Notes: generated from the sequence alone by a model not told the origin. Counted from the stretch's first letter, positions 53,002-63,071 are shown. The stretch is 64,000 nt of DNA from Pseudomonadota bacterium (GCA_021787615.1 JAJYLP010000001.1:22447-86446); one strand, 5' to 3'. Numbers and translations: made by a program.

Positions 53002-53029
53002 CTCGGCGGCCGCTTCGGCGGCCGCCGAG
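53002..53029 (+). other. 12-bp GC stem with UUCG tetraloop
   Basis: The sequence is ctcggcggccgc-ttcg-gcggccgccgag, 10 nt after the micro-ORF stop. It has no U-tract, so it is not a canonical intrinsic terminator. Confidence 0.6.
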
Positions 53030-53051
53030 TGAAACAAAGTTCGATGCCCTC

Positions 53052-53081
53052 GTGCCCGCGCAAGCGGGCACATTCGTTTCC
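53052..53081 (+). terminator. Intrinsic-terminator-like hairpin
   Basis: The sequence is gtgcccgc-gcaa-gcgggcac followed by attcgtttcc, upstream of the rpiA start. Confidence 0.4.
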
Positions 53082-53098
53082 AGCCACTGGAAAAAGCC

Positions 53099-53785
53099 GT
53101 GTCACACACCACTCGCACAGCTTCGAAAGACACCGAGGCCCACGCCAAGAAGCGCCGCAGCGCCGAGGCGGCGCTCGATTACGTCGCAGCGGACAGCGTG
53201 CTCGGCGTCGGCACCGGCTCCACCGTCGGCTGCCTCATCGAGGCGCTCGCGGCGCGGCCCGGCCTGATCCGCGCGGCGGTATCGAGCTCCGAGGCGAGCA
53301 GCGCTCTGCTGCGCGCCGCGGGTATCGAGGTCCTGGACCTGAACGACGTCGCCGCGTTGCCGCTGTACATCGACGGCGCCGACGAGGCGACCCGCGCGCG
53401 GCAGCTCATCAAGGGCGGCGGCGGCGCGCTGACGCGCGAGAAGATCGTGGCGGCGGCGGCGCAGCGCTTCGTGTGCATCATCGATGACGGCAAACTGGTC
53501 GAGACCCTGGGCGCCTTTCCGCTGCCCGTCGAGGTCATTCCCATGGCCCGCACGCTGGTGGCGCGGGCGATCGAGGCACGCGGCGCACGCCCGGTGTGGC
53601 GGCGCGGCTTCCTGACCGATAACGGCAACCACATCCTCGACGTGCACGACCTCTCGATCACAGATCCGCGCGCGCTCGAGCGCGCGCTGGGTGAGATTAC
53701 GGGTGTCGTCACCGTGGGACTGTTCGCCGCACGCCCGGCGGATGTGCTCGTCGTCGGCACCGCGACGGGCACCGAGACGATTTAG
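53099..53785 (+). CDS. rpiA: Ribose-5-phosphate isomerase A
   Basis: 228 aa with [25 protein letters not shown] and a GTG start. Confidence 0.92.
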   Translation: MSHTTRTASKDTEAHAKKRRSAEAALDYVAADSVLGVGTGSTVGCLIEALAARPGLIRAAVSSSEASSALLRAAGIEVLDLNDVAALPLYIDGADEATRARQLIKGGGGALTREKIVAAAAQRFVCIIDDGKLVETLGAFPLPVEVIPMARTLVARAIEARGARPVWRRGFLTDNGNHILDVHDLSITDPRALERALGEITGVVTVGLFAARPADVLVVGTATGTETI

Positions 53786-53795
53786 CCGCCGCAGC

Positions 53796-55142
53796 TCACG
53801 GGCCGTTGCCGGAGGCGATGACCAGCGCCGGCCGGGGTGGCTCCTGCACCAGATCGCGCAGCGTGAGATCCCCGCAGCGATGGCGGCGCGCCTCATCGAT
53901 CGCGCCGAGCAGGCGATCGACCGGCGGGATCGGCATCAGGCGCGGGCTGAAATCCCCCGGCAGGCGGCTGCGGGCAACGTCGAGTATCTCCGCGAGCGTG
54001 ATGCGCCCGATATCGCGCGCCGGCAGGAGCTCATCCTCCTCGGTCACCACCAGCAGCCCGCAGTGCTCGAGCGCGTGCACGATTTGCGCCACCGCGATGC
54101 CCGGCAGTCCGAGCTCGGTGGCGAGCGCGTTCATGCTCCAGCGCTGCTCGCCCGTGAGATGGGCGCGCCCCACCAGATACATCATGCGCAGGGCCAGCTG
54201 CTCGACCTCCGCGCCCGAGAGCTTCAGCTCCTGCAGGCCGAGGCGCAGATAGGCCGGATTCTGGATGTAGAACGACAGCTGCGCTCCGGCGAGCAGGATC
54301 AGCCAGCCGAGATACGTCCACAGCAGGCCCGCCACGATGAACGCGAATCCCGCGTACACGATGGCGAGGCGCGTCGAGTGCACCACGAAGGCCGTGAACA
54401 CCCGCCCGACCGCCGCCCAGATCACGCCACCGACCACCGCACCGATCAGCGCGGGACGGAATTGCACGCGCGTATTGGGCACGAGCAGATACAGCCCCGT
54501 GAAGGCGACGATCACCATAACGTAGGGGGCGAGCTTGATCCCCGCGGTGGTGAACAGGTCGACCCACGGCAGACGGGCCAGGTCGCGGAACGGCGCGCTG
54601 TCGATCGCGCGGTGCGACATGCCGATGAACATCACCAGAATGACCGGGCCGCCCACGACCAGCGTGAGGTACTCGGTGATGCGGCGGGCGAAGCTGCGCG
54701 CCTTCTGCACGCGCCAGAGGAAATTGAAGCTGTCCTCGACCTTCTTGATCGTGCCGATCAGCGTCCAGGCGAGCAGCGCGAAGCCCACCGAGCCGAGCAC
54801 CCCGCCGCCGACGCGATCGGCAAACAGCACCACTCGCGAGGTGACCTTGGCCGCATCCGCAGGCCCGAGGGCACTGAAGAACTGGTAGACGACCGGCTGC
54901 AGATCGCCGCCCGCGCCGAAGAGCTTCAGGATCGCGAAGCTGAAGGCCGCCAGCGGAATCAAGGTCAGCAGCGTGGTGTAGACGAGCCCCATCGCGCGCA
55001 GGTTGATCTGCCCGCCCGTCAGGTCGCGCAGCACCGCGTAGAGATAGCTCAGTCCGCGGATGAGCCGGCCGCGGGCGACGGCACCGCTCGCGGCGGTCCC
55101 GAAGAACCAGTCATCGAGGAATGCCCAGATTCTCGCCCACAT
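53796..55142 (-). CDS. YihY/BrkB-family inner membrane protein with a C-terminal winged-helix-like domain
   Basis: 448 aa with LRAMGLVYTTLLTLIPLAAF..., six TM helices and a soluble ~110-aa tail. Confidence 0.85.
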   Translation of the reverse strand: MWARIWAFLDDWFFGTAASGAVARGRLIRGLSYLYAVLRDLTGGQINLRAMGLVYTTLLTLIPLAAFSFAILKLFGAGGDLQPVVYQFFSALGPADAAKVTSRVVLFADRVGGGVLGSVGFALLAWTLIGTIKKVEDSFNFLWRVQKARSFARRITEYLTLVVGGPVILVMFIGMSHRAIDSAPFRDLARLPWVDLFTTAGIKLAPYVMVIVAFTGLYLLVPNTRVQFRPALIGAVVGGVIWAAVGRVFTAFVVHSTRLAIVYAGFAFIVAGLLWTYLGWLILLAGAQLSFYIQNPAYLRLGLQELKLSGAEVEQLALRMMYLVGRAHLTGEQRWSMNALATELGLPGIAVAQIVHALEHCGLLVVTEEDELLPARDIGRITLAEILDVARSRLPGDFSPRLMPIPPVDRLLGAIDEARRHRCGDLTLRDLVQEPPRPALVIASGNGP

Positions 55143-55291
55143 GGCGCCGGAAGATTATCCCATCACGCCGTAAAACTCCGGCATTCATGCCGAGATATCA
55201 GGCGTCTTTGGGAATGGATCTTGATGCCTGGATTAATATACAGCGACACGATGGGAATGCCCCGCAACCGTTCAGCCTGTCCGGAGCAGGA

Positions 55292-56288
55292 GTGCGCACC
55301 CTGCGGGTGCGCGTGTGGGACAAGCACGTGCCGTAGCTTTGCGCTCGAGCGCGTGAGGTCAACTTTGTCTGGAACGACGAGCAGGAGACCGGTCTGAAGG
55401 TCCTCGAGCGCGAGGGTCGGTTTCTCTCGACAGAGGATCTGCACGAGTTCCCCGCCGACGCAAGCTCCGCTGGCGGGTCTCGGGTCGAGCGCGCTCGAAC
55501 GACAGCCTGGGATGGATCCCGTTCAAGGCGGTCGCGATCCAATGCCGCTCGCAGGGTGTCGTGCGCTTCATGGGCCGGCCCATACGGCTCTGGGACAGCG
55601 GGGATCTCTCGAAGCATCTCATCCGTTGCAGCTCTTGCTGCGAGGACGCCCGCGGCCGGTAGTCGCGGAACGCGCTCGTGAGAGTGAAGCGGGAAAAGTA
55701 TCCCGCCATGCCCCGTCTGATGCGATCGAGATCGACCTCGCACTGAAGGACTTGCAGGCCACCTCCGACGGCATCAAGGTCGAGCCGCCGCCGTTGTACC
55801 GGGATCTCAAGGGCAAGCTTGCCACCGCGCAGCGCGCCGGCAAGAAGGCTCGCGAGCGGGCGATCCATGCCAAGATCAAGAACCGCAGGTCGGACCACCT
55901 GCACAAGCTTTCCCGCGCCCTGGCCTCGAGCCACGGCGCGATCTTCGTCGACAACGTGAGCGCCGCCGCCCTTGCCCAGACTGCCCTTGCGAAGTCCGTG
56001 CTCGATGCCGGGTGGAGCGTGTTCAGGACACAGCTCAGGTCCCAGTGCCATCAGGCGCGAGCGCTGTTCCTCGAGGTCAACGCAGCCGGATCGACCCAGA
56101 CCTGCTCAGCGTGCCACGCAGGCTGCGGCCCAAGAGCTATCGCAGGCCTCGGAACAAGAGCATGGGCGTCTACGGGATGCGCAGCGCTCCACGACCGCGA
56201 CGTGAGCTCCGCGCGGCTCATCCTCGCGGCGGGTCGTCGCCGTCTTGTAGAAGGAATCCTCGCCCTTCCCGCGCAAGCGGCAGCTTAA
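55292..56288 (+). pseudogene. tnpB: Decayed solo TnpB (IS605 OrfB / IS1341-type), copy 2
   Basis: TnpB blocks are spread over several frames: RTLRVRVWDKHVP*; AREVNFVWND; LGWIPFKAVAIQ...EDARGR* (TAG at 55660); and then ORF 55512..56288. That ORF reads IDLALKDLQATSDG...HAKIKNRRSDHLHKL...KSVLDAGWSVF...STQTCSACH...HDRDV, with one Zn-finger Cys pair degraded (RAWASTGC). Confidence 0.7.
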
Positions 56289-56354
56289 CGAGCCGAGGGC
56301 GAGGCGGACGTCAAGCGCCGCGGGCGTTCCTGTCATCCGCGGCGCCGCGCCGGC

Positions 56355-57152
56355 TCAGGTGTGCATTCCCCGCCGCTCGCGGATCAGCTCGTAGGCCTCG
56401 ATGATCTGCTGGGTGCGCTGCTTGGCGTGCTCGATCATCGAGTCCGGCAGACCGTTCGCCTTGAGCTTGTCGGGGTGGTGCCGGCTCAATTGCCGCCGGT
56501 ACGCCTTGACGACTTCCCGATCGCCGTCGGCCGCGCCCACCCCGAGCACCCGGTAGGCGCGCTCGAGCGCCTCGCCCGCATCAGCGCCCGCGGACTGCCC
56601 GAAGCCGCGCGCGTGAATGCGAAGCGCCGCCTCGATCTGGGCGAACTCGAGGGAGGAGACCCCGAGCCGCGCGGCGATCTGACCGAGCAGCGGGCGCACC
56701 GGCCCGTCGAGGCCATTGCCGGGGAGAGCCGCGCGGATCTGCAGCTCGATGAAGACGCGCTTCAGATGCGGCCGCCCGAGGCAGACGCGGTTGAGTTCGG
56801 TGAGCTCGCCGGCCAGATCGAAGCCGGGCTGCTTGCCGGCCGTGAAGTGCTCGATGGCCAGCTGCACCTGCGCCGGGTCGAGCCGCAGCTGCATCATCAC
56901 CGCGCGAGCCGCCGCGATCTCCTGCTCGGACACTCGCCCGTCGGCTTTCGCCAGGAACCCCATGACGCGGAAGGTCGCGCGAAAGAACCGCTCGCCGACC
57001 GCCGCGGCGTGCGCGGCGCGCCCGCCGGCGCCGTGCTGCTCAGCGTAGGCGTCGAACTGGTGGCCGAGCAGCGCCCCGAGCATGGCCCCGACCGGGCCGA
57101 ACCCGAGCACGAAGCCGAGCAAACCGCCGGTCAGCTTTCCGGTATATCTCAT
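56355..57152 (-). CDS. djlA: Co-chaperone DjlA
   Basis: ORF 56355..57215. The likely start is [14 protein letters not shown] at 57152, which avoids overlap with purC. It has a TerB-like middle region and a C-terminal J-domain (YRVLGV...HHPDK). Confidence 0.85.
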   Translation of the reverse strand: MRYTGKLTGGLLGFVLGFGPVGAMLGALLGHQFDAYAEQHGAGGRAAHAAAVGERFFRATFRVMGFLAKADGRVSEQEIAAARAVMMQLRLDPAQVQLAIEHFTAGKQPGFDLAGELTELNRVCLGRPHLKRVFIELQIRAALPGNGLDGPVRPLLGQIAARLGVSSLEFAQIEAALRIHARGFGQSAGADAGEALERAYRVLGVGAADGDREVVKAYRRQLSRHHPDKLKANGLPDSMIEHAKQRTQQIIEAYELIRERRGMHT

Positions 57153-57201
57153 ACGCGCGGGGGTACGTGCGGGAGGTGCATGCGCTGCTATAGTAGCAAG
57201 C

Positions 57202-58098
57202 ATGGATGCGCCCACCGTCTACCGCACCTCGCTGCGTGGCCTCGAGAAGATCCACGAAGGCAAGGTCCGCGACATCTACGCCGCGGGTCCGGACGCGCTG
57301 CTGATCGTGACGACCGATCGGCTGTCTGCCTTCGACGTCGTGCTGCCGGATCCGATCCCCGGCAAGGGCCGGGTGCTGAACCGCATTTCCGAGTTCTGGT
57401 TCGAGCGCACGCGACACATCGTGCCGAACCACCTCACCGGGCGATCGATCGAATCGCTGGTGAGCGATCCGTCCGATCGGGCGCTGCTTGCCGAGCGGGC
57501 CGTCATCGTCAGGCGGCTGAAAGCGCTGCCGATCGAGGCCGTGGTGCGCGGCTATCTCATCGGCTCGGGATGGAAGGATTATCAGAAGACCGGCAGCATC
57601 TGCGGCATCGCACTGCCGGGCGGGCTCGAGCTCGCCTCCCGCCTGCCCGCGCCGATCTTCACGCCGGCGACCAAGGCCGCCGCTGGCGAGCACGATGAGA
57701 ACATCTCCTTCGCCGAGACCGAGCGGCTGATCGGCGCGCCGCTCGCGGCGAAGGTGCGCGCGAGCGCCATTGCGCTGTACGAGTTCGCCGCCGCCCACGC
57801 GCGCACGCGCGGCATCCTCATCGCCGACACCAAGTTCGAATTCGGGCTCGACGAACACGGCACGCTCACGCTGATCGACGAGGCGCTGACGCCCGACTCC
57901 TCGCGCTTCTGGCCGGCAGAGGCCTATCGGGCGGGCTCGAGCCCGCCGAGCTTCGACAAGCAGTTCGTGCGCGATTACCTCGAGACACTCGACTGGAACA
58001 AGCGCGCGCCGGGTCCGGGGCTGCCGCCCGAGATCATCGCGCGCACCAGCGAGAAGTACCACGAGGCGCTGCGCCGGATCACCGGACCGGCCACGTGA
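57202..58098 (+). CDS. purC: Phosphoribosylaminoimidazole-succinocarboxamide synthase
   Basis: Internal ATG at 57202 with [15 protein letters not shown] and ADTKFEFG. Confidence 0.93.
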   Translation: MDAPTVYRTSLRGLEKIHEGKVRDIYAAGPDALLIVTTDRLSAFDVVLPDPIPGKGRVLNRISEFWFERTRHIVPNHLTGRSIESLVSDPSDRALLAERAVIVRRLKALPIEAVVRGYLIGSGWKDYQKTGSICGIALPGGLELASRLPAPIFTPATKAAAGEHDENISFAETERLIGAPLAAKVRASAIALYEFAAAHARTRGILIADTKFEFGLDEHGTLTLIDEALTPDSSRFWPAEAYRAGSSPPSFDKQFVRDYLETLDWNKRAPGPGLPPEIIARTSEKYHEALRRITGPAT

Positions 58099-58763
58099 GC
58101 GCGCACTGGATCGCCCCGTCCATCCTGTCGGCCGACTTCGCGCGGCTCGGCGAGGAGGTCGATGCCGTCATCGCCGCGGGAGCCGACCTGATCCACTTCG
58201 ACGTGATGGACAACCATTACGTGCCCAATCTCACCATCGGTCCGCCGGTGTGCGAGGCGCTGCACAAGCACGGCGTGAACGTCCCCATCGACGTGCACCT
58301 GATGGTCCGCCCCGTTGACCGGATCGTGCCCGACTTCGCGCGCGCGGGCGCCGAATTCATCACCTTTCACCCCGAGGCGAGCGAGCACGTCGACCGCACC
58401 ATCGAGCTGATCCGCGAGCAGGGCTGCCGGCCGGGACTGGCGCTGAACCCCGCCACGCCCCTCGACTGGCTGGATTACACGCTGGAGAAACTCGATCTGG
58501 TGCTGGTGATGTCGGTGAACCCGGGCTTCGGCGGCCAGCGGTTCATCCCCTCGGCGCTCGCCAAGCTCGAGACGATTCGCGAGCGGATCCGCTCGAGCGG
58601 CCGCACGGTGCGACTCGAAGTCGACGGCGGCGTGAAGGTGGACAACATCCAGGCGTGCGCGCGCGCGGGCGCGGATACCTTCGTGGCCGGGTCGGCGATC
58701 TTCGGCAGCGCGAACTACGCCGAAACGATGCGCGCCATGCGCGCGCAACTCGCGGCGCTTTGA
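58095..58763 (+). CDS. rpe: Ribulose-phosphate 3-epimerase
   Basis: 222 aa with [31 protein letters not shown] and [11 protein letters not shown]. Confidence 0.95.
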   Translation: MSAHWIAPSILSADFARLGEEVDAVIAAGADLIHFDVMDNHYVPNLTIGPPVCEALHKHGVNVPIDVHLMVRPVDRIVPDFARAGAEFITFHPEASEHVDRTIELIREQGCRPGLALNPATPLDWLDYTLEKLDLVLVMSVNPGFGGQRFIPSALAKLETIRERIRSSGRTVRLEVDGGVKVDNIQACARAGADTFVAGSAIFGSANYAETMRAMRAQLAAL

Positions 58764-58791
58764 GCGCGACGCGCCCCGGCAGGGCGCGAGC

Positions 58792-59523
58792 TCATTCTTC
58801 CGGGCCGGAGCCGGCCGGCCGAGCACCCTTGCCGGCCTGCTTGACCGGCACCACGACCGGGCGGGTGCGCATCTTCGGCCGGGCGTTGAACACCACGATG
58901 GTCTTGCCGGTGGCGCGCAGCAGGCCCTGATCCTCCAGCACCTTCAGCACGCGGCCGGCCATCTCGCGCGAGCAGCCGACCAGGCGCGAGAGCTCCTGGC
59001 GGCTCACTTTGATCTGCATGCCCTCGGGGTGGGTCATCGCATCCGGCTCGTCGCACAGATTGTTGATCGCGTGCGCGACGCGGCCGGTCACGTCGACGAA
59101 CGCCAGGTCCCCGAGCTTGCGGTTGGTGCGGTCGAGGCGCGTCGCCAGCTGCGTCGCCAGCTCGAAGACCAGCCCCGGGCTTTCCGCGGCGATCTGCCGG
59201 AAGCGCGGGTAGGTCATCTCCGCCAACTCGCAGGCGTTGCGGGTGCGCACCCAGGCGCTGCGGGTGGCCTGGTCCTGGAAGAACAGGCCCATCTCCCCGA
59301 AGAACTGCCCGCGATTCAGATACGCGAGCACCATCTCGTTGCCTTCCTCGTCCTCGATCATCACTTCGACCGAGCCGCTGATGATGTAGTAGAGGACATC
59401 CGGCAGATCACCCGCGTGGATGACCACCGTCTTGGAAGGCACGGTGCGGATCCGGCAATAACTGAGGAAGCGATTGATCGCCGGAATGTCACTCAGCGGC
59501 TTGACGACGTTTTCTTCCATCAC
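58792..59523 (-). CDS. crp: CRP/FNR-family cyclic-nucleotide-binding regulator (CRP/Vfr/Clp-like)
   Basis: 243 aa with a cNMP-binding fold (FFGEMGLF), an HTH (VSRQELSRLVGCSREMAGRVLK) and a ~30-aa basic, Pro-rich C-terminal extension. Confidence 0.88.
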   Translation of the reverse strand: MMEENVVKPLSDIPAINRFLSYCRIRTVPSKTVVIHAGDLPDVLYYIISGSVEVMIEDEEGNEMVLAYLNRGQFFGEMGLFFQDQATRSAWVRTRNACELAEMTYPRFRQIAAESPGLVFELATQLATRLDRTNRKLGDLAFVDVTGRVAHAINNLCDEPDAMTHPEGMQIKVSRQELSRLVGCSREMAGRVLKVLEDQGLLRATGKTIVVFNARPKMRTRPVVVPVKQAGKGARPAGSGPEE

Positions 59524-59644
59524 CGGCTCCCCCCGTCTCGCGTGGCCTTGAGCAGAAGATTACTTAATTTGCCCCCCCGGGTGAAAGCGTACCGCACGCG
59601 GTGCTGGAAAAACCAGCGCAACGTGCAGCCGGGGTCCCCGGCGC

Positions 59645-60283
59645 TCACAACCAATAGGCGGTCTCTGTCATGATCCGCGCCGTGGCGCGCATCAGCGCCC
59701 GGACCGGGGGTGGCAGATCAATGCCCCCTGCCGCCTTGGCGCTTGCCCGGTGCGCAATCTCATCCGTGCGCATCGCATCGACGATGGCGCGGCTGCGGGC
59801 ATCGTCGGGGGGCAATGAGCCCAGATGCCCATCGAGATGCCCCTCGACCTGCCGCTCGGTCTCGACCACGAAGCCGAGGCTGATCCGATCGCCCATCAGG
59901 CCGGCCAGCGCGCCGATGGCGAATGAGCCGGCATACCACAGCGGGTCGAGGAGGCTCGGCCGGGACTCGAGCTCGGTCAGGCGAGTCGCGCACCAAGCCA
60001 GATGGTCCGCCTCTTCACGGGCGGCGTGCAGCAGCATGTCACGGGTAGAGGCGTTTTGGGCCGCAAACGCCTGGCCGTGGTAGAGGGCTTGGGCGGCGAT
60101 CTCCCCGGCGTGATTCACCCGCATCAGCCCGGCGGAGCGGCGGCGTTCATCCGCCGAGAGCTTCGCCTTGGCCGTATCAGGCTCGCCGGGCACCGGCCGG
60201 CTGGCGCGGGCCGGTGCGCCGAGGGCGCGCAGCGCCCGATCCACCGCTGCAATGCAGGCATCGAGGGGTTGGCAGGCTTCCAT
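59645..60283 (-). CDS. coq7: Demethoxyubiquinone hydroxylase (di-iron Coq7)
   Basis: Internal ATG at 60283 with [28 protein letters not shown] and DEIAH di-iron motifs. Confidence 0.88.
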   Translation of the reverse strand: MEACQPLDACIAAVDRALRALGAPARASRPVPGEPDTAKAKLSADERRRSAGLMRVNHAGEIAAQALYHGQAFAAQNASTRDMLLHAAREEADHLAWCATRLTELESRPSLLDPLWYAGSFAIGALAGLMGDRISLGFVVETERQVEGHLDGHLGSLPPDDARSRAIVDAMRTDEIAHRASAKAAGGIDLPPPVRALMRATARIMTETAYWL

Positions 60284-60350
60284 GCCCTTATTATAGGTGT
60301 TCGGCGGGCCGCGTGGCGCCCGGCCTCGCTCACGGCGCTCGTGCGGCCTT

Positions 60351-60379
60351 TTGCAATACGGGCGCGCCTTCAGTAGACT
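60351..60379 (+). promoter_or_regulatory. Candidate sigma70 promoter of rplM-rpsI
   Basis: TTGCAA-N17-TAGACT, about 60 nt upstream of rplM. Confidence 0.35.
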
Positions 60380-60437
60380 TGCCGGCCCTTTGGATAGGGT
60401 CCTTTTTGGATCGAAGCCCCCCCCTGCAGAGGCTCTT

Positions 60438-60866
60438 ATGAAGACGGTTTTCGCGAAGCCCGGCAGCGTCCGCGGCGACTGGTTCGTGGTCGATGCGGCC
60501 GGCAAGACCCTTGGGCGCCTTGCCACGCAGATCGCCCATCGCCTGAAGGGCAAGCACAAGGCCGATTACAGCCCGCACGTCGACATGGGCGACCACATCG
60601 TGGTGCTCAATGCCGGCAAGGTGCGCGTCACCGGACGCAAGCTCAGCGACAAGATCTACTATCACCACACCGGCCACATCGGCGGCATCAAGTCGATCGC
60701 GCTCGAGAAGCTCCTCGCGGAGCACCCGGAACGGGCGATCGAGTTTGCAGTCAAGGGCATGCTGCCGAAGAACCCGCTGGGACGGCGCATGTTCAAGAAG
60801 CTCCACGTGTTTGCCGGCGGCGAGCACCCCCACCAGGCGCAGCAGCCGCGGCCGCTCGAGATCTGA
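60438..60866 (+). CDS. rplM: 50S ribosomal protein L13
   Basis: [41 protein letters not shown]... Confidence 0.96.
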   Translation: MKTVFAKPGSVRGDWFVVDAAGKTLGRLATQIAHRLKGKHKADYSPHVDMGDHIVVLNAGKVRVTGRKLSDKIYYHHTGHIGGIKSIALEKLLAEHPERAIEFAVKGMLPKNPLGRRMFKKLHVFAGGEHPHQAQQPRPLEI

Positions 60867-60877
60867 GGAATCCATCG

Positions 60878-61273
60878 ATGGCAGTCCAGCAACTGAACTA
60901 CGGCACCGGTCGGCGCAAGACCGCGACCGCGCGCGTGTATGTACGGCCCGGCAGCGGGAAGATCACGGTCAACGACCGCCCGCTCGATGAGTTCTTCGGC
61001 CGTGAGACCGGCAGGATGATCGTCCGCCAGCCGCTCGAGGCGCTCGAGCTCATCAGCCGCTTCGACATCAGCGTGACCGTCGACGGCGGCGGCATCACCG
61101 GCCAGGCGGGCGCCATTCGCCACGGCATCACCCGCGCGCTGATCGAGTACGATGAGAGCTACCGCAAGCCGCTGCGCGATGCCGGGTTCGTGACCCGCGA
61201 TGCGCGCGAGGTGGAGCGCAAGAAGGTCGGCCGCCGCAAGGCCCGCCGCGGGACGCAGTACTCCAAGCGCTAA
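60878..61273 (+). CDS. rpsI: 30S ribosomal protein S9
   Basis: 131 aa with [13 protein letters not shown]... and the C-terminus [10 protein letters not shown]. Confidence 0.96.
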   Translation: MAVQQLNYGTGRRKTATARVYVRPGSGKITVNDRPLDEFFGRETGRMIVRQPLEALELISRFDISVTVDGGGITGQAGAIRHGITRALIEYDESYRKPLRDAGFVTRDAREVERKKVGRRKARRGTQYSKR

Positions 61274-61348
61274 CGGGGTCTTGAAGCGCTCGCCGAGGCA
61301 GTCTTCACTACTGCCGCGGCGCGTGCCGCCCAGAGCGCTTGCCGGTTT

Positions 61349-61422
61349 TGGGGGATCGTCTAGTGGTAGGACAACGGACTCTGACTCCGTTTACCTAGGT
61401 TCGAATCCTAGTCCCCCAGCCA
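61349..61422 (+). tRNA. tRNA-Gln (anticodon CUG)
   Basis: A hand-folded 74-nt cloverleaf. The acceptor is TGGGGGA/TCCCCCA, the D-arm is GTCT/GGAC, and the anticodon stem is ACGGA/TCCGT with loop CT-CTG-AC. The T-arm is CTAGG-TTCGAAT-CCTAG, with discriminator G and an encoded CCA. Confidence 0.9.
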
Positions 61423-61430
61423 AACCGCAC

Positions 61431-61462
61431 GAAGCCCACCGCGAGGTGGGCTTCGGCGTTTT
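61431..61462 (+). terminator. Intrinsic terminator after tRNA-Gln
   Basis: The sequence is gaagcccacc-gcga-ggtgggcttc followed by ggcgtttt. Confidence 0.6.
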
Positions 61463-62123
61463 GAGCGCCGGCGCGGGCGCGGCAGCCGGCGTCATCTTGC
61501 GCAAAATCGCGGCCGTTTCGGCCCCGATATGCCGGACTGCACGGATGACCGGAATGGGCCCGAACCCCGAGCGAACCCGCCTCCGGGGAGTTTTCGCGGC
61601 TGGCGCGAATGGATCGAGCACGAAGCCCCCTTGGATCGCGGTCAGCGACGATTGACGGCTTGCAACATCCGCTGCAGCGCCGTCTCAGCTGACCCAGCCG
61701 CTGCCGGCCCCTGCTCAGAAGCAGAACCCGTCTCGAGTGGCGGCCGGACAAGGCCATCCAGCCCGAGCGATCAAGCACTGTCGCAGGTTTGCCGCCGACC
61801 CGGTCGGGCAGCCGAGCGCGTCGGCGCCAACCCCGTCTGCGGATCTCTTGCGGCACTGACGGTCAATTTCTCGCCTCGAAGGCGACTCGCTTGCCCTGAG
61901 CGGAAGGTGGGTGATGCCCCTCAGGCTCGCGCCAGGAAACGCACCGCGCTGTCCTCGCCGTTGCCACTGGCAGATAAAGTATTAGAGTATTATGATATAA
62001 ACGATTGCAGGGGAAGGACTCGGAAAGGGCCCGCGCGGATCGTGGGCCCGGTGAAACCGAATGGCGGCCTCGGCAGGAGCTATCGCGTTGTCGCCCCGGG
62101 GAATCTCGCGGAAGGCTGAAGTG

Positions 62124-62666
62124 ATGACGAGGCGAAAATGCGCGGCTGAGTCCCTCAGGATGGGCCTGAAGCGCGAGGATGATGCCAGCGAGAGCGTCGT
62201 CTCACGGTTCAAGGGCGCCAACGGGAGCGCCCCTGCAGCGACGCGGGCGTCATCTCAAAATCAAAAAGCTTCGCGGGAATCGAGCGCAGTCGTGCGCGAG
62301 CCGCTTGCGCGGCCGGCCCGGGAACGCGCCACGCTGGAGCAGATCGCCCGGACGCTGCGCGAGCGCCGAGTGCATGAACTCACGCCCAGCCAGCTGCTGA
62401 AAGCCGGCATCGCCGAGCTTGCAGCGCTCGATGCGACGCAACTCGAGCGCGCCATTGCAGCCCTCGAGCGGGGTCGGCTTGGCCGAAAGACGAGAAAGTC
62501 CGTGCCAAGCTCTACCTTTGGCGCGCCGGATGGAGGGGTCATGATCCCCCGGCTGCCGCCCGAGCCAGAGAGTCTGCGAGCATCCTCTGTGCGGATCATG
62601 CTGTATCGCTCTGCAGATCCCGAGCAGTTCTGCTCCGGCATCCCCTCCTCCCCGGCCCACGCCTGA
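62124..62666 (+). CDS. Hypothetical protein (orphan; helical central region)
   Basis: Internal ATG of ORF 62061..62666 with GGAAGG 8 nt upstream. The third-codon position is GC-rich through the central segment ATLEQIARTLRERRVHELTPSQLLKAGIAELAALDATQLERAIAALERG. I recognised no family. Confidence 0.4.
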   Translation: MTRRKCAAESLRMGLKREDDASESVVSRFKGANGSAPAATRASSQNQKASRESSAVVREPLARPARERATLEQIARTLRERRVHELTPSQLLKAGIAELAALDATQLERAIAALERGRLGRKTRKSVPSSTFGAPDGGVMIPRLPPEPESLRASSVRIMLYRSADPEQFCSGIPSSPAHA

Positions 62667-62692
62667 TTTCGGTGCCAATAGTGCCGGTCGCA
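62661..62692 (+). repeat. Imperfect 32-nt direct repeat, copy A
   Basis: gcctgatttcggtgccaatagtgccggtcgca matches copy B at 62818..62849 at 24 of 32 positions by hand alignment. Confidence 0.5.
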
Positions 62693-62803
62693 ATGGGGCG
62701 GTTCTCGCGGGAGATTTCCCCGCCGGTGCGCACAGGGTCGCGATGGGTGCGCCGCGCCCGTTCGCGGTCGAACATTACTTTTTCGGCCCGTCGTACAGGC
62801 CGT

Positions 62804-62829
62804 CAGGCGCCCGCGGCGCCTGATTTTGG
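62804..62829 (+). terminator. Terminator-like hairpin
   Basis: The sequence is caggcgcc-cgc-ggcgcctg followed by attttgg. The loop is tight, so confidence is modest. Confidence 0.35.
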
Positions 62830-62849
62830 CACCATTGATGACGGCCGCA
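62818..62849 (+). repeat. Imperfect 32-nt direct repeat, copy B
   Basis: The sequence is gcctgattttggcaccattgatgacggccgca. Its 5' end forms the 3' arm and U-tract of the hairpin at 62804..62829. Confidence 0.5.
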
Positions 62850-63071
62850 TTCATTCGCTCGACCGCTCAACAGGGCAAGCTGAACACGCCGCACGGATCG
62901 ACCCCCCAGGGGTGTATGCCGCGGCAAACCGATCGATGGGCCACGGGGAACACGGCGCTTGCGCGCTGCGCATGCCGGCTTTCGGGGAGCGACTGCATTG
63001 CTCATCGGGCGCAAAGAGCACGCCGAGGCTCGCCAGAGTGTCCCCGCCGCATCGATCAGCTTCACCATGGC

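Noticed and set aside
53002-53029. Treating the 12-bp UUCG hairpin as a canonical Rho-independent terminator
   Set aside because: No U-tract follows it on either strand. It is reported as a stable hairpin only.
53691-55397. 568-aa plus-strand ORF
   Set aside because: It is antisense to the YihY-family membrane protein and has a highly charged, low-complexity translation.
61460-62060. Integrase remnant, att repeat, tmRNA, RNase P RNA or SRP RNA next to tRNA-Gln
   Set aside because: Six-frame reading gave no integrase-like blocks. Only a trivial cccccag match to the tRNA 3' end exists (about 62903). The conserved RNase P (GAGGAAAGUCC), SRP (GGAAGGAAGCAGC) and tmRNA termini are absent.
61529-62119. 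196-aa plus-strand ORF
   Set aside because: The translation is Cys/Arg/Pro-rich, it runs through the AT-rich core, and it has no SD. It is unlikely to be a protein.
62005-62123. Possible cobalamin riboswitch (aggggaagg, ggtgaaaccg and ggcaggagc resemble B12-element fragments; gccactg is nearby)
   Set aside because: The elements are in the wrong order and spacing: gccactg lies upstream rather than downstream, and there is no GCCAGGAGACC-type B12 box. The downstream ORF also has no link to cobalamin. I treat it only as a structured leader.
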